Positions 47,730 through 56,765 of a stretch of 64,000 nt of DNA are shown here, piece after piece. The DNA is taken from assembly GCA_964578305.1 (NCBI GenBank), contig CAZOCM010000002.1, forward strand, positions 958 through 64,957, in the 5' to 3' direction. Source of the DNA: an uncultured Candidatus Saccharibacteria bacterium. GTDB taxonomy: Bacteria; Patescibacteriota; Saccharimonadia; Saccharimonadales; UBA4665. The notes beneath the pieces are model-generated. The model did not search any database and was not told where the DNA came from. It saw nothing but the letters and a program-made list of their open reading frames with translations. Both the position numbers and the translations under genes were made by a program. Within the stretch, counting starts at the first letter, position 1; the number at the start of each line of letters is the position of its first letter.

Positions 47730-49040
47730 ATGAAACATAATGTAAGCGAAATAAAATTAAAAAATGGTGGTAAAGGCCTCTTCCTTCATATACCAGACGC
47801 TTCTGTTATGACATTTGATTTTAACTTCAGAGCCGGTGAATATTTAGTCAAAGAAAAAAAGTGGGAAGTGCCGCATTTAATGGAACATGTAGTGCTTGGT
47901 GCAAATGAACTAATACCAAAAGCCAGGGATTTTCAAGCTGAACTTGAAAAAAATGGCGCATATTCAAATGCCACTACCGGAGTATATGACATTATTTATG
48001 AAGCCGAGTGTGCTGACTTTGAATGGGATAGAGTCCTCGGTTTAATGCTGATTGCTATTACAAAACCATTATTTCTAGAAGATGAATTTAAAGCAGAATT
48101 TGGCAATGTCCAAGAAGAAATGGTAGCTAGAAGTAATAATCATTTCAGACGACTTAGTTTAGAAATGAGAAAAGAACTAGGTTTAATAGCTAAAACTGAT
48201 ACCGAGAGACTTAAATTAATGTCCAATGTCACCATTGATGATATAAAGGATCATTATTCAAAAACTCATTTTAGTCACAACCTCCGTTTTATAATCGCCG
48301 GAAATTTAAATAAAACTAGGCAAAACACATTAATTAAAATTCTTGAAGCAATAGAATTACCTAAGGAAGGAAAAAGATTTAAACTACCTATTGAAGCACC
48401 AAAAAAACTTCTAAAACCAGTTTATTTAATGAATGACACGGTTGAGAACCTATATTTTTATATAGACACTTTCATGGATAGAAGATTAACCGACTCTGAA
48501 ACTGATGCCCTAAGTCTTTTAAATACAATGTTAACCGAAACTCTTTATTCAAAAATATTAGGAACGGCTAGAGAAAAAGGTTTAGTTTATGGCATGAATT
48601 CAGGACTAAGCTATACATTAACAGCCTCAAATTGGTGGTTTGGCGCCCAAGTATCAGATAAGAATGCTAAAGCTCTGATTAAATTAATTGTATCCGAACT
48701 TTACAAGGTGCTAGAAGGTCAAATTCCTGAGAGTGAAATTAGTTCAACTAAACAATACGCATTAGGCAAATTTCAAAGAAGTGCCCAAACTGTTGGAGGA
48801 ACTGTTTCAAGTTATGCTGGTAGATATTTCTTTGACGAAATAATTGAAGACTATTACCAAATACCAGACAGGATCAAATCTGTGACTAAGCAAAAAATGA
48901 TAGACATAGCCAGATCAATGTTTTCCGAAGACATTTGGGGATTTGGGGCTTTAGGTAACAGTGGTGAAGAATTTTCAAATGAGCTTGCTAAAATATTATC
49001 TCCTCTTTGGACAAGACCTGCTATAGCACCAAGTTTGTAA
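47730..49040 (+). CDS. M16-family (pitrilysin/insulinase-like) zinc peptidase
   Basis: Inverted zinc motif HLMEH near the N-terminus. Two-lobed, 436 aa. Confidence 0.8.
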   Translation: MKHNVSEIKLKNGGKGLFLHIPDASVMTFDFNFRAGEYLVKEKKWEVPHLMEHVVLGANELIPKARDFQAELEKNGAYSNATTGVYDIIYEAECADFEWDRVLGLMLIAITKPLFLEDEFKAEFGNVQEEMVARSNNHFRRLSLEMRKELGLIAKTDTERLKLMSNVTIDDIKDHYSKTHFSHNLRFIIAGNLNKTRQNTLIKILEAIELPKEGKRFKLPIEAPKKLLKPVYLMNDTVENLYFYIDTFMDRRLTDSETDALSLLNTMLTETLYSKILGTAREKGLVYGMNSGLSYTLTASNWWFGAQVSDKNAKALIKLIVSELYKVLEGQIPESEISSTKQYALGKFQRSAQTVGGTVSSYAGRYFFDEIIEDYYQIPDRIKSVTKQKMIDIARSMFSEDIWGFGALGNSGEEFSNELAKILSPLWTRPAIAPSL

Positions 49041-49071
49041 TAATAGGCAGTTGTTATACTTAGAATTAGTA

Positions 49072-50139
49072 ATGGATAATCTAAAAAAAGATTTAGAAAT
49101 AATAAATTCACAGCTTAATGAATCTTTAAAAAAGATTAAATTTGAGGATTCAAAAAAAGAGCTTGTTATATTGCAACAAAAATCTAATGACCCAAATTTA
49201 TGGAAAAATAAAACCGATGCCCAATCTATAATGGTTGAAATATCTAAATTAGAAAATGCGATACAACCATGGCAAGCATTACAGAACGAATATAATGAAC
49301 TAAGAGAACTAATTGAATTGAATGACGATAAAATAGAAGAAGAAATAAAAGAAAATTTAAAAATATTTAAACATAAATACACTAATTTAAAAAAAGACCT
49401 TATGTTCGATGGGCCATACGATCATCGTGACGCATATTTAAATATTTATGCTGGTGCTGGAGGGACAGATGCTCAAGATTGGGCACAGATGTTGCTTAGA
49501 ATGTATACGAAATGGACTGAAAAAAAAGATTTTAAAACAAAAATAATACAGATCTCACAAGGCGAGGAAGCAGGTATAAAGAGTGTAACATTAGAAATTG
49601 ACGGAAAATTAGTTTATGGCAAATTAAAGGGTGAACAAGGAGTACATAGACTAGTTAGATTGAGTCCATATAATGCAGATAATTTGAGGCAAACTAGTTT
49701 TGCTAAAGTTGAAATATTACCGAAAATATCCTTAGACCAAGAATTAGACATTGAAGATAAAGATATTAAAATAGATGTCTTTAGAAGCGGTGGTCGGGGA
49801 GGGCAAAGTGTAAACACAACTGATTCTGCGGTTCGATTGACACATCTCCCAACTGGAATCACTATTAATATTCAAAACGAGAGGTCTCAACTTCAAAATA
49901 GACAAACAGCCATGTCAATTCTTAAATCAAAATTAGCTGCATTAATACTTGAGCAGCACAAAGATCATCTAAACGATATAAAAGGACCAAATCAATCTGC
50001 GGAATGGGGAAATCAAATACGAAATTATGTACTTCATCCCTACAAACAAGTAAAAGATTTAAGAACAAAGGTTCAAACCACAGATGTTGAGGGTGTTTTA
50101 AATGGTGATATTGATGAGTTTATTAATTCCAACGAGTAA
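49072..50139 (+). CDS. prfB: Peptide chain release factor 2 (uninterrupted, no programmed frameshift)
   Basis: GGQ (GGRGGQSVN) and the recognition loop RLSPYNADNLRQTSF. The frame is continuous through the region where E. coli has the +1 site. The ATG at 49072 is preferred over the TTG at 49051. Confidence 0.92.
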   Translation: MDNLKKDLEIINSQLNESLKKIKFEDSKKELVILQQKSNDPNLWKNKTDAQSIMVEISKLENAIQPWQALQNEYNELRELIELNDDKIEEEIKENLKIFKHKYTNLKKDLMFDGPYDHRDAYLNIYAGAGGTDAQDWAQMLLRMYTKWTEKKDFKTKIIQISQGEEAGIKSVTLEIDGKLVYGKLKGEQGVHRLVRLSPYNADNLRQTSFAKVEILPKISLDQELDIEDKDIKIDVFRSGGRGGQSVNTTDSAVRLTHLPTGITINIQNERSQLQNRQTAMSILKSKLAALILEQHKDHLNDIKGPNQSAEWGNQIRNYVLHPYKQVKDLRTKVQTTDVEGVLNGDIDEFINSNE

Positions 50140-50173
50140 TATTTTTTAGCTTGAAAACACCAATAAATCCTAA

Positions 50174-50182
50174 TGGTATAAT
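50174..50182 (+). promoter_or_regulatory. Extended -10 element TGgTATAAT, 7 nt upstream of the ftsE ATG
   Basis: TG at 50174-50175 and TATAAT at 50177..50182, with the ATG at 50190. No SD lies between them. Confidence 0.45.
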
Positions 50183-50189
50183 CTAGTTA

Positions 50190-50876
50190 ATGATCTTACT
50201 GGACAGGGTAACAAAAAAGTATCCCAGAAGTGAAAAACAGCAAGCTTTAGATAGAGTGAGTCTGCATGTTGATCCTAATGAATTTGTAATTGTCATTGGG
50301 CAAAGCGGTGCTGGTAAAACTACATTACTACGGCTCTTAACAAGGGAAGAAAGACCAACAAGCGGCAAAATTATTGTCGGCGGAATAGATTACGATAAAT
50401 TAAAAGATAGAGATATACCAATTTTAAGAAGGAAAATTGGCGTTGTTTTTCAGGACTTCAAACTTCTTCCAAATAAAACTGTTTTTGAAAACGTAGCTTT
50501 TGCCCTTGAGATAGTCGGAATGGGAAATAGAGAGATAAGACATACTGTACCCAAGGTCTTAGACATTGTTAATCTAAAAGGTAAAGAAAATTCATACCCT
50601 AGACAATTATCCGGTGGCGAAAGACAAAGAGTTGCAATAGCAAGAGCGGTTGTTAGGCAGCCAAGAATACTAGTTGCTGATGAACCAACAGGTAATTTAG
50701 ACCCAAAGCATGCCTGGGATGTCATTAAAGTATTAGAAAAAATTAATCGTTATGGCACGACAGTACTTTTAACCACGCACAATCAAGACATCGTTAACAA
50801 ATTAAAAAGGCGAGTCGTAACGCTTAAAGATGGAAAGATAGTAAGCGATAAAGCAAACGCTGGGTATAAAACATGA
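50190..50876 (+). CDS. ftsE: Cell division ABC ATPase FtsE
   Basis: Walker A GQSGAGKTT, signature LSGGERQR, and Walker B ILVADEPTGNLD. Confidence 0.93.
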   Translation: MILLDRVTKKYPRSEKQQALDRVSLHVDPNEFVIVIGQSGAGKTTLLRLLTREERPTSGKIIVGGIDYDKLKDRDIPILRRKIGVVFQDFKLLPNKTVFENVAFALEIVGMGNREIRHTVPKVLDIVNLKGKENSYPRQLSGGERQRVAIARAVVRQPRILVADEPTGNLDPKHAWDVIKVLEKINRYGTTVLLTTHNQDIVNKLKRRVVTLKDGKIVSDKANAGYKT

Positions 50877-51817
50877 AGCGAAAGATAAATACTTTTTGGC
50901 GAATTATACATAACGGAATTGTTAATTTTATTAGAAATATAAGTTTAGCAATGGCGGCTATGGCTGTTATGGTAGTTACACTCACAGTCGTACTATTTTC
51001 GGTTGTAACCAATGCCACCTTTACCAATACAATTAAACAAATAACTTCAAAAATTGATGTGTCAGTCTATTTGTTAGATACAGCAACAGATCAACAAGCG
51101 ACAGATTTTGTTGATCAAATAAAAAAATTGCCTGAAGTTCAGAAAGTTGTCTACTTAAATAAACAAGAAGCTCTACAAAAATATATAGAAGCCAACCAAG
51201 GGAACCAAAGTTTAATTACAGCTGCTAGTGAAACTGGTAATCCAATTCCTGCAACAATCCAAGTATTCCCCACAAATTTAAATTATGTGCCTAGGATAAA
51301 AACTTTTCTTACTAAACATCAATATGCTTCACTTCAAACTATAGGATCACCTTCGTATAACGGAGCTCAAAAAGTTGCAATTGACAATATCACCCATGCT
51401 ACTAATGTACTTCGTAAAATAGGGGCATTTACAGTAATCATTTTTGCAATTATTAGTGCACTAATAATATTTAATACAATTCAAATGGCAATATTTAATC
51501 GAAGAGATGAAATAACAATCATGAGACTTCTAGGTGCCGGGACAGGCTATATTAGAGGTCCTTTTATTGTAGAAAGTCTTATTTATGGACTTATCTCGGC
51601 AATACTTTCAGTAGTTATTATCAACGCAGCTTTTGTAGCTTCTTCAAGTGCATTGAAAGCTAGTAGTTTAGGTCTATTAGATATAAGTTATGCGAACCAG
51701 TATTTTGATAAACATTTCTTAGAACTTTTGACTCTCCAAATAGCTATTGGTATAATTATTGGTACGGTATCTTCAGTAATTGCTACCCGCCGTTATCTGA
51801 AATTCAAAACGAAATAG
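50873..51817 (+). CDS. ftsX: Cell division ABC permease-like FtsX
   Basis: 4-TM layout with a large first extracytoplasmic loop. The start overlaps the ftsE stop by 4 nt. Confidence 0.85.
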   Translation: MKRKINTFWRIIHNGIVNFIRNISLAMAAMAVMVVTLTVVLFSVVTNATFTNTIKQITSKIDVSVYLLDTATDQQATDFVDQIKKLPEVQKVVYLNKQEALQKYIEANQGNQSLITAASETGNPIPATIQVFPTNLNYVPRIKTFLTKHQYASLQTIGSPSYNGAQKVAIDNITHATNVLRKIGAFTVIIFAIISALIIFNTIQMAIFNRRDEITIMRLLGAGTGYIRGPFIVESLIYGLISAILSVVIINAAFVASSSALKASSLGLLDISYANQYFDKHFLELLTLQIAIGIIIGTVSSVIATRRYLKFKTK

Positions 51818-51930
51818 ACAATTTATAAAAAATTATTATTAGATTATTAACTTAAATAATATTTGTATATTATCGGTGGATATTGTTGCTTATGTATGTT
51901 AAAATTACAAATAGTTTAATCAAAACCAAA

Positions 51931-53055
51931 ATGAAATCAGTTAAAAATATTGCCTCACCTAAAATTAAGCTTGGTTATTTAACTTTAGCAGTTGCTCTAT
52001 TTGGTTTTGTGGGTACTGCCGTTTATGTTCATGCAGATCAATTCGATGCTCAAATAAATGCATTGCAGCAACAAAACAGTGGCGCACAATCTAACATTAA
52101 TAATCTAGCGTCCCAGGCAGGCAGCTACCAAGCAGCGATTAATGTATTACAAAGTCAAATTAACGGAATTCAAGCCGCATTAACAGTTAACCTAAATAAA
52201 CAAACTGCTCTTCAACAACAAATTGATGCAGATAAACAAAATATAATTACTCAAAAGCTATATTTAGGTGAAGACATAAAAACTATGTATATAGATGGAC
52301 AGCTAAGCACGATTGAACAATTAGCAACTTCCAGGAACTTAAGCGATTTTGTTGATAAACAGGAGTACCGATCAATAGTTCAAGACAAGGTCGACGCACT
52401 AATAAAACAAATCGCAAAGCTACAATCTCAGCTCCAGCAACAAAAAGGTTTGCTCGACATTTTAATAACCACTGAAAATGAACAAAATGCGCAATTAGGT
52501 TCAGCTGAAGCTCAACAGCAGCAATTACTTAGCTACAATCAATCACAACAAAATACTTTCAATCAGCAAATTCAAGCTAACCAAAGTCAAATATCTTCAC
52601 TTAGACAACAGCAAGCAATAGCAAACCACAGATTAGGTGGTAATGATGTTGCTGGTGACCCAAATCATGGAGGTTATCCAGCCAAATGGGATTATCCTGT
52701 ACCGCAAGATAGCGAATTAGATTCTTGGGGAATGTTGAACCGTGAATGTGTAAGTTATACAGCCTGGAAAGTCTACCAGACATTTGGCTACATGCCTTAT
52801 TGGGGAGGAGTAGGTAATGCTAAACAGTGGCCTGGCGACGCTCAATCTGCAGGTATTCCTACCGGATCTACACCTAAAGTTCATTCTGTAGCAATTTCCA
52901 CAGGTGGTGCTTTTGGTCACGCTATGTGGGTTGAAAGCATTAATGGCAATGGCACAATAAATGTCAGTCAATATAACAAGTCTCTAACAGGGATGTATAG
53001 TGAAACTTACGGCATTAACCCATCGGGATTAATTTTCATATACTTTGGCGGTTAA
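51931..53055 (+). CDS. Secreted coiled-coil plus CHAP-domain peptidoglycan hydrolase (PcsB-like architecture)
   Basis: A signal/TM segment is followed by about 200 aa of Q-rich heptad coiled coil. The C-terminal CHAP domain has NRECVSYTAWK (Cys) and GHAMWVES (His). The ATG at 51931 is preferred over the TTG at 51883. Confidence 0.8.
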   Translation: MKSVKNIASPKIKLGYLTLAVALFGFVGTAVYVHADQFDAQINALQQQNSGAQSNINNLASQAGSYQAAINVLQSQINGIQAALTVNLNKQTALQQQIDADKQNIITQKLYLGEDIKTMYIDGQLSTIEQLATSRNLSDFVDKQEYRSIVQDKVDALIKQIAKLQSQLQQQKGLLDILITTENEQNAQLGSAEAQQQQLLSYNQSQQNTFNQQIQANQSQISSLRQQQAIANHRLGGNDVAGDPNHGGYPAKWDYPVPQDSELDSWGMLNRECVSYTAWKVYQTFGYMPYWGGVGNAKQWPGDAQSAGIPTGSTPKVHSVAISTGGAFGHAMWVESINGNGTINVSQYNKSLTGMYSETYGINPSGLIFIYFGG

Positions 53056-53086
53056 ACCTCTTTTGCTTTTGGTATAATAACCCTTA

Positions 53087-54361
53087 ATGTACAAAAGAAA
53101 TAAAGGGGAAAGCCCTTCTAAAATAAAGAGGGTCAAAAAGTCATTTTTAAAATTAGGCAAATCAAGTCATAAAATAATCATCATATTGTTAATTTTTTAT
53201 TTAGGATTATGGGTGGGTGAAGGCCGAATAAATTTAAATTTTCATAAACATATCCATAGAGTCACAACGGGTTTGCCAAATCAATTGGATTACTCAAGTG
53301 TAAAAAAAGTTTATCAAGCACTTATTAATAATTACGACGGCCAGTTAACTTCAAGCCAATTAATTAACGGTCTAAAACATGGACTCGCTGAAGCAACCAA
53401 AGATCCATATACTGAGTACTTTACTCCTAGCGAAGCAAAATCTTTTAATAGTCAATTAAATAATTCATTTAGCGGTATTGGAGCACAACTCGGCAAAGAT
53501 AGTGACGGTAACTTAGTTGTAATTGCACCAATTAAAGGATTACCGGCAGATAAAGCTGGGCTTAAGTCGCAGGATATAATTGCAACAATCAATGGGACAT
53601 CGACATCTGGTTCATCACTGTCTGATGCAATTAACGAAATTCGTGGTACTGGAGGGAGTAAAGTGACCCTACAGATTATAAGAAATCATAGCCAAGCACT
53701 GACTTTTACAATCACTCGTCAAAATATAACTCTACCAAGCGTTAACACTAAAATTTTAAGTGGCAATATTGGCTACATGCAAATTTCAACTTTTGCTTAT
53801 GATACTAATAAATTAGCAAAAAGCGCCGCAGATCAATTTAACAAAGCACACGTTAAAGGAATAATACTGGATTTAAGAGATAATCCAGGAGGATTATTGG
53901 ACGCGTCAATACATTTATCCAGTTTTTGGCTGCCTAGCGGACAAAAAATATTGGATGAAAAAAGAGGTGGTCAAGTAGTTAATTCATATAATTCGCTAGG
54001 TGGAGATGAACTTCATGGTATACCAACAGTGGTGTTAATCAACGGTGGAAGTGCTTCTGCATCAGAAATCACAACTGGAGCACTTCATGATAATAAAGCA
54101 GCGTATGTAATTGGGCTTAAAAGTTATGGTAAAGGAGTGGTTCAAGACATAATTTGTATTTCAGGGCAAACTAATGCCGATGGATCTTGTCCTAGTGATG
54201 AGCTAAAAGTTACTGTATCAAGTTGGTACCGACCAGATGGTGAAAACATTAATCATAAGGGCATAAAACCAGATAAAAAAGTTGATTTAAGTGATTCAGA
54301 TATTAAAAACGGTAATGATACTCAACTTAAAGCGGCTGAAGCGTATATAAATACCAAATAA
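53087..54361 (+). CDS. ctp: S41-family carboxy-terminal processing peptidase
   Basis: PDZ (GLPADKAGLKSQDII), LDLRDNPGG, the GGSASASE catalytic Ser region, and GKG. Confidence 0.9.
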   Translation: MYKRNKGESPSKIKRVKKSFLKLGKSSHKIIIILLIFYLGLWVGEGRINLNFHKHIHRVTTGLPNQLDYSSVKKVYQALINNYDGQLTSSQLINGLKHGLAEATKDPYTEYFTPSEAKSFNSQLNNSFSGIGAQLGKDSDGNLVVIAPIKGLPADKAGLKSQDIIATINGTSTSGSSLSDAINEIRGTGGSKVTLQIIRNHSQALTFTITRQNITLPSVNTKILSGNIGYMQISTFAYDTNKLAKSAADQFNKAHVKGIILDLRDNPGGLLDASIHLSSFWLPSGQKILDEKRGGQVVNSYNSLGGDELHGIPTVVLINGGSASASEITTGALHDNKAAYVIGLKSYGKGVVQDIICISGQTNADGSCPSDELKVTVSSWYRPDGENINHKGIKPDKKVDLSDSDIKNGNDTQLKAAEAYINTK

Positions 54362-54432
54362 TATATTATCTTGCCAAAGAGTAATAACTAAGATAGCATT
54401 AGAGCCATAAGATAAGAGGGACAGTATTAGAA

Positions 54433-56037
54433 GTGGCAGAAAATGCGACTAAGTTTGTTTTTGTAACAGGGGGTGTATTATCTGGTCTTGGCAAGGGCAT
54501 AACAGCCGCATCGATAGGCAATGTCCTTAAAGCCAGAGGTTTAAGTGTTAATCTTCAAAAATGTGACCCATATTTAAATGTTGACGCCGGCTTATTAAAC
54601 CCAAGAGAACACGGTGAATGTTTTGTAACTAAAGATGGAGCAGAAACTGATCTAGATCTTGGACATTACGAAAGATTTGTTGATGAAGAAATGACATCTT
54701 CAAGTAGTTTAATGAGTGGTCGAGTCCTTTTAAAATTAGTGCAAGACGAAAGAGCCGGTAAATTTGATGGTGATGATGTTCAAATAATTCCTCATTTGAC
54801 AGGCGCAATAAAAGATCGAATTTTAGAAGCGGGTAAAGGGTATGACGTTCATATTGTCGAAATTGGTGGGACTGTAGGCGACTATGAATCTTTATCTTTT
54901 ATAGAAGCAATAAGGGAACTAGGGATTAAAGTCGGCTTAGAAAATTGTGCTTATGTTCATGTAGTATATTTACCATTTTTAACAGCTTCTCATGAGATAA
55001 AAACTAAACCAGCTCAAAATTCAGTAAGGGATTTGAGATCACTTGGAATATTACCTGACGTCCTTGTTTGTAGAAGTGAGAAACCAGCATCTAAAGCTGC
55101 TATATCTAAACTTTCACTTTTTAGCGGAGTTGCTTTTGACGCAATCGTACCTTTAGCAAGCGCAAAAAGTATTTACGAGGTACCACTTTCGATAGAAAAC
55201 TCGGGAGCAGCAGAAGTAATAACAGAAAGACTAGGCATAAAAGCCAAAAAACCTGATCTGAAAGAGTGGCGAAGAGTTGTCTCAATGGCGACTACAAAAT
55301 ATGATAAAACGATCAAAATTGGTTTCGTTGCTAAATATATGGACAACACTGATACATATATGTCTGTATTTGAAGCTCTTAGATCTGCTGCCTGGAATAA
55401 TAAAGTGAATATAGATATTACTTGGATCGATGCATCAATCTACGACAATAAGCGAAAAGAGATCAAAAATATACTTTCAAAATTTGATGGCATTGTCGTA
55501 CCGGGAGGATTTGGAAACCGTGGTCTCGAAGGGAAGATTAAAGCCGCACAATATGCTTTAGAAAATAAAACGCCGTATTTGGGACTTTGTTTAGGTTTAC
55601 AAATGGCTGTAATAGCAGCTGCTAGAATTGCAGGTATTAAAGATGCGACCACCTTTGAATTAAATCCTAATGCTAAGAATTTAGTTATTAATACTATGGC
55701 TGACCAAAAAGGTAAGCATATGACAGGCGGGACAATGAGATTAGGCAATTATAAGTGCGATATTAAAAAAGATAGTTTAGCTTATAGAGTCTATAAATCT
55801 AAGAATATCGTCGAACGACACAGGCATAGAGGTGAATGTAATAATAAATATGTTGATGAATACAAAAAATGGGGCTTAATTGCTAGTGGAATAAATAAAG
55901 AAAATAATTTAGTCGAAATAATCGAAGCAGTTAATCATCCTTTTTTCTTAGCTAGTCAGTTTCATCCTGAATTTAAAAGTAGACCTGACCGACCGCACCC
56001 AATGTTTGACGCTTTTATTAAAATCTTACTTAAATAA
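54433..56037 (+). CDS. pyrG: CTP synthase
   Basis: GTG start. FVTGGVLSGLGKG is present, along with the GATase Cys in GLCLGLQ and the HPEF motif. Confidence 0.97.
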   Translation: MAENATKFVFVTGGVLSGLGKGITAASIGNVLKARGLSVNLQKCDPYLNVDAGLLNPREHGECFVTKDGAETDLDLGHYERFVDEEMTSSSSLMSGRVLLKLVQDERAGKFDGDDVQIIPHLTGAIKDRILEAGKGYDVHIVEIGGTVGDYESLSFIEAIRELGIKVGLENCAYVHVVYLPFLTASHEIKTKPAQNSVRDLRSLGILPDVLVCRSEKPASKAAISKLSLFSGVAFDAIVPLASAKSIYEVPLSIENSGAAEVITERLGIKAKKPDLKEWRRVVSMATTKYDKTIKIGFVAKYMDNTDTYMSVFEALRSAAWNNKVNIDITWIDASIYDNKRKEIKNILSKFDGIVVPGGFGNRGLEGKIKAAQYALENKTPYLGLCLGLQMAVIAAARIAGIKDATTFELNPNAKNLVINTMADQKGKHMTGGTMRLGNYKCDIKKDSLAYRVYKSKNIVERHRHRGECNNKYVDEYKKWGLIASGINKENNLVEIIEAVNHPFFLASQFHPEFKSRPDRPHPMFDAFIKILLK

Positions 56038-56078
56038 TTGTGGTTGACTTTATATACTGATAAGATAACATTAGCAAT

Positions 56079-56495
56079 ATGGATCAAAACAATACCCAAC
56101 AACCAGAATCAAACAATAAATTAAAAAGAATATTATTAGTTGAAGATGATGACAGTCTTGCCAACGTATATGTCACAAGGTTGCAAGCAGAAGGTTTTGA
56201 AGTTAGGCGGGTAAATAATGGGGAAGATGCTTTAGCTGCTGCTAAAAGTTACAAACCCGATCTAGTTCTTCTAGATGTAATGATGCCTATTGTTAGCGGG
56301 TTTGATGTTTTGGATATTTTAAGAAATACTCCAGAAACAGCTAATTTAAAAATTATTATGTTGACAGCTTTAAGCCAAGAAAGCGATCAAGAAAGAGCAA
56401 AATCTCTTAAAGTTGATGATTATCTCATTAAATCACAGGTCGTTATCGCTGATGTTATCGAAAGAATTCGACATCATTTGAGTCAAGAAAATTAA
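56079..56495 (+). CDS. Stand-alone response-regulator receiver domain (CheY/Spo0F-like, catalytic residues intact)
   Basis: LLVEDDD, the phospho-Asp context DLVLLDVMMP, MLTA, and the Lys in YLIKS. No output domain. Confidence 0.85.
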   Translation: MDQNNTQQPESNNKLKRILLVEDDDSLANVYVTRLQAEGFEVRRVNNGEDALAAAKSYKPDLVLLDVMMPIVSGFDVLDILRNTPETANLKIIMLTALSQESDQERAKSLKVDDYLIKSQVVIADVIERIRHHLSQEN

Positions 56496-56764
56496 ACTAC
56501 TCTGACTTCAGTTCTTGAAACACTCCTACCGCTAAATAGTCTTACTTTTCTTTTAACGAACTCTACTTTACCGTCTTTAGCAGCATGAATAGTAAAATTA
56601 CTGCTCATTTTTGTGCCAATTCCTGGTCTTTTATTCATACCCACTTGTCGAACTATTATTTGACCAGTTTTAACATCTTGTCCACCAAATAATTTAACGC
56701 CAAGTCTTTGACCGGGACTATCATGTACATTTTTGGCTGTACCACCAGCTTTTACGTGTGCCAT
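56492..56764 (-). CDS. rpmA: 50S ribosomal protein L27
   Basis: N-terminus MAHVKAGGTAKNVHDSPGQRLGVK. Confidence 0.95.
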   Translation of the reverse strand: MAHVKAGGTAKNVHDSPGQRLGVKLFGGQDVKTGQIIVRQVGMNKRPGIGTKMSSNFTIHAAKDGKVEFVKRKVRLFSGRSVSRTEVRVV

Positions 56765-56765
56765 T

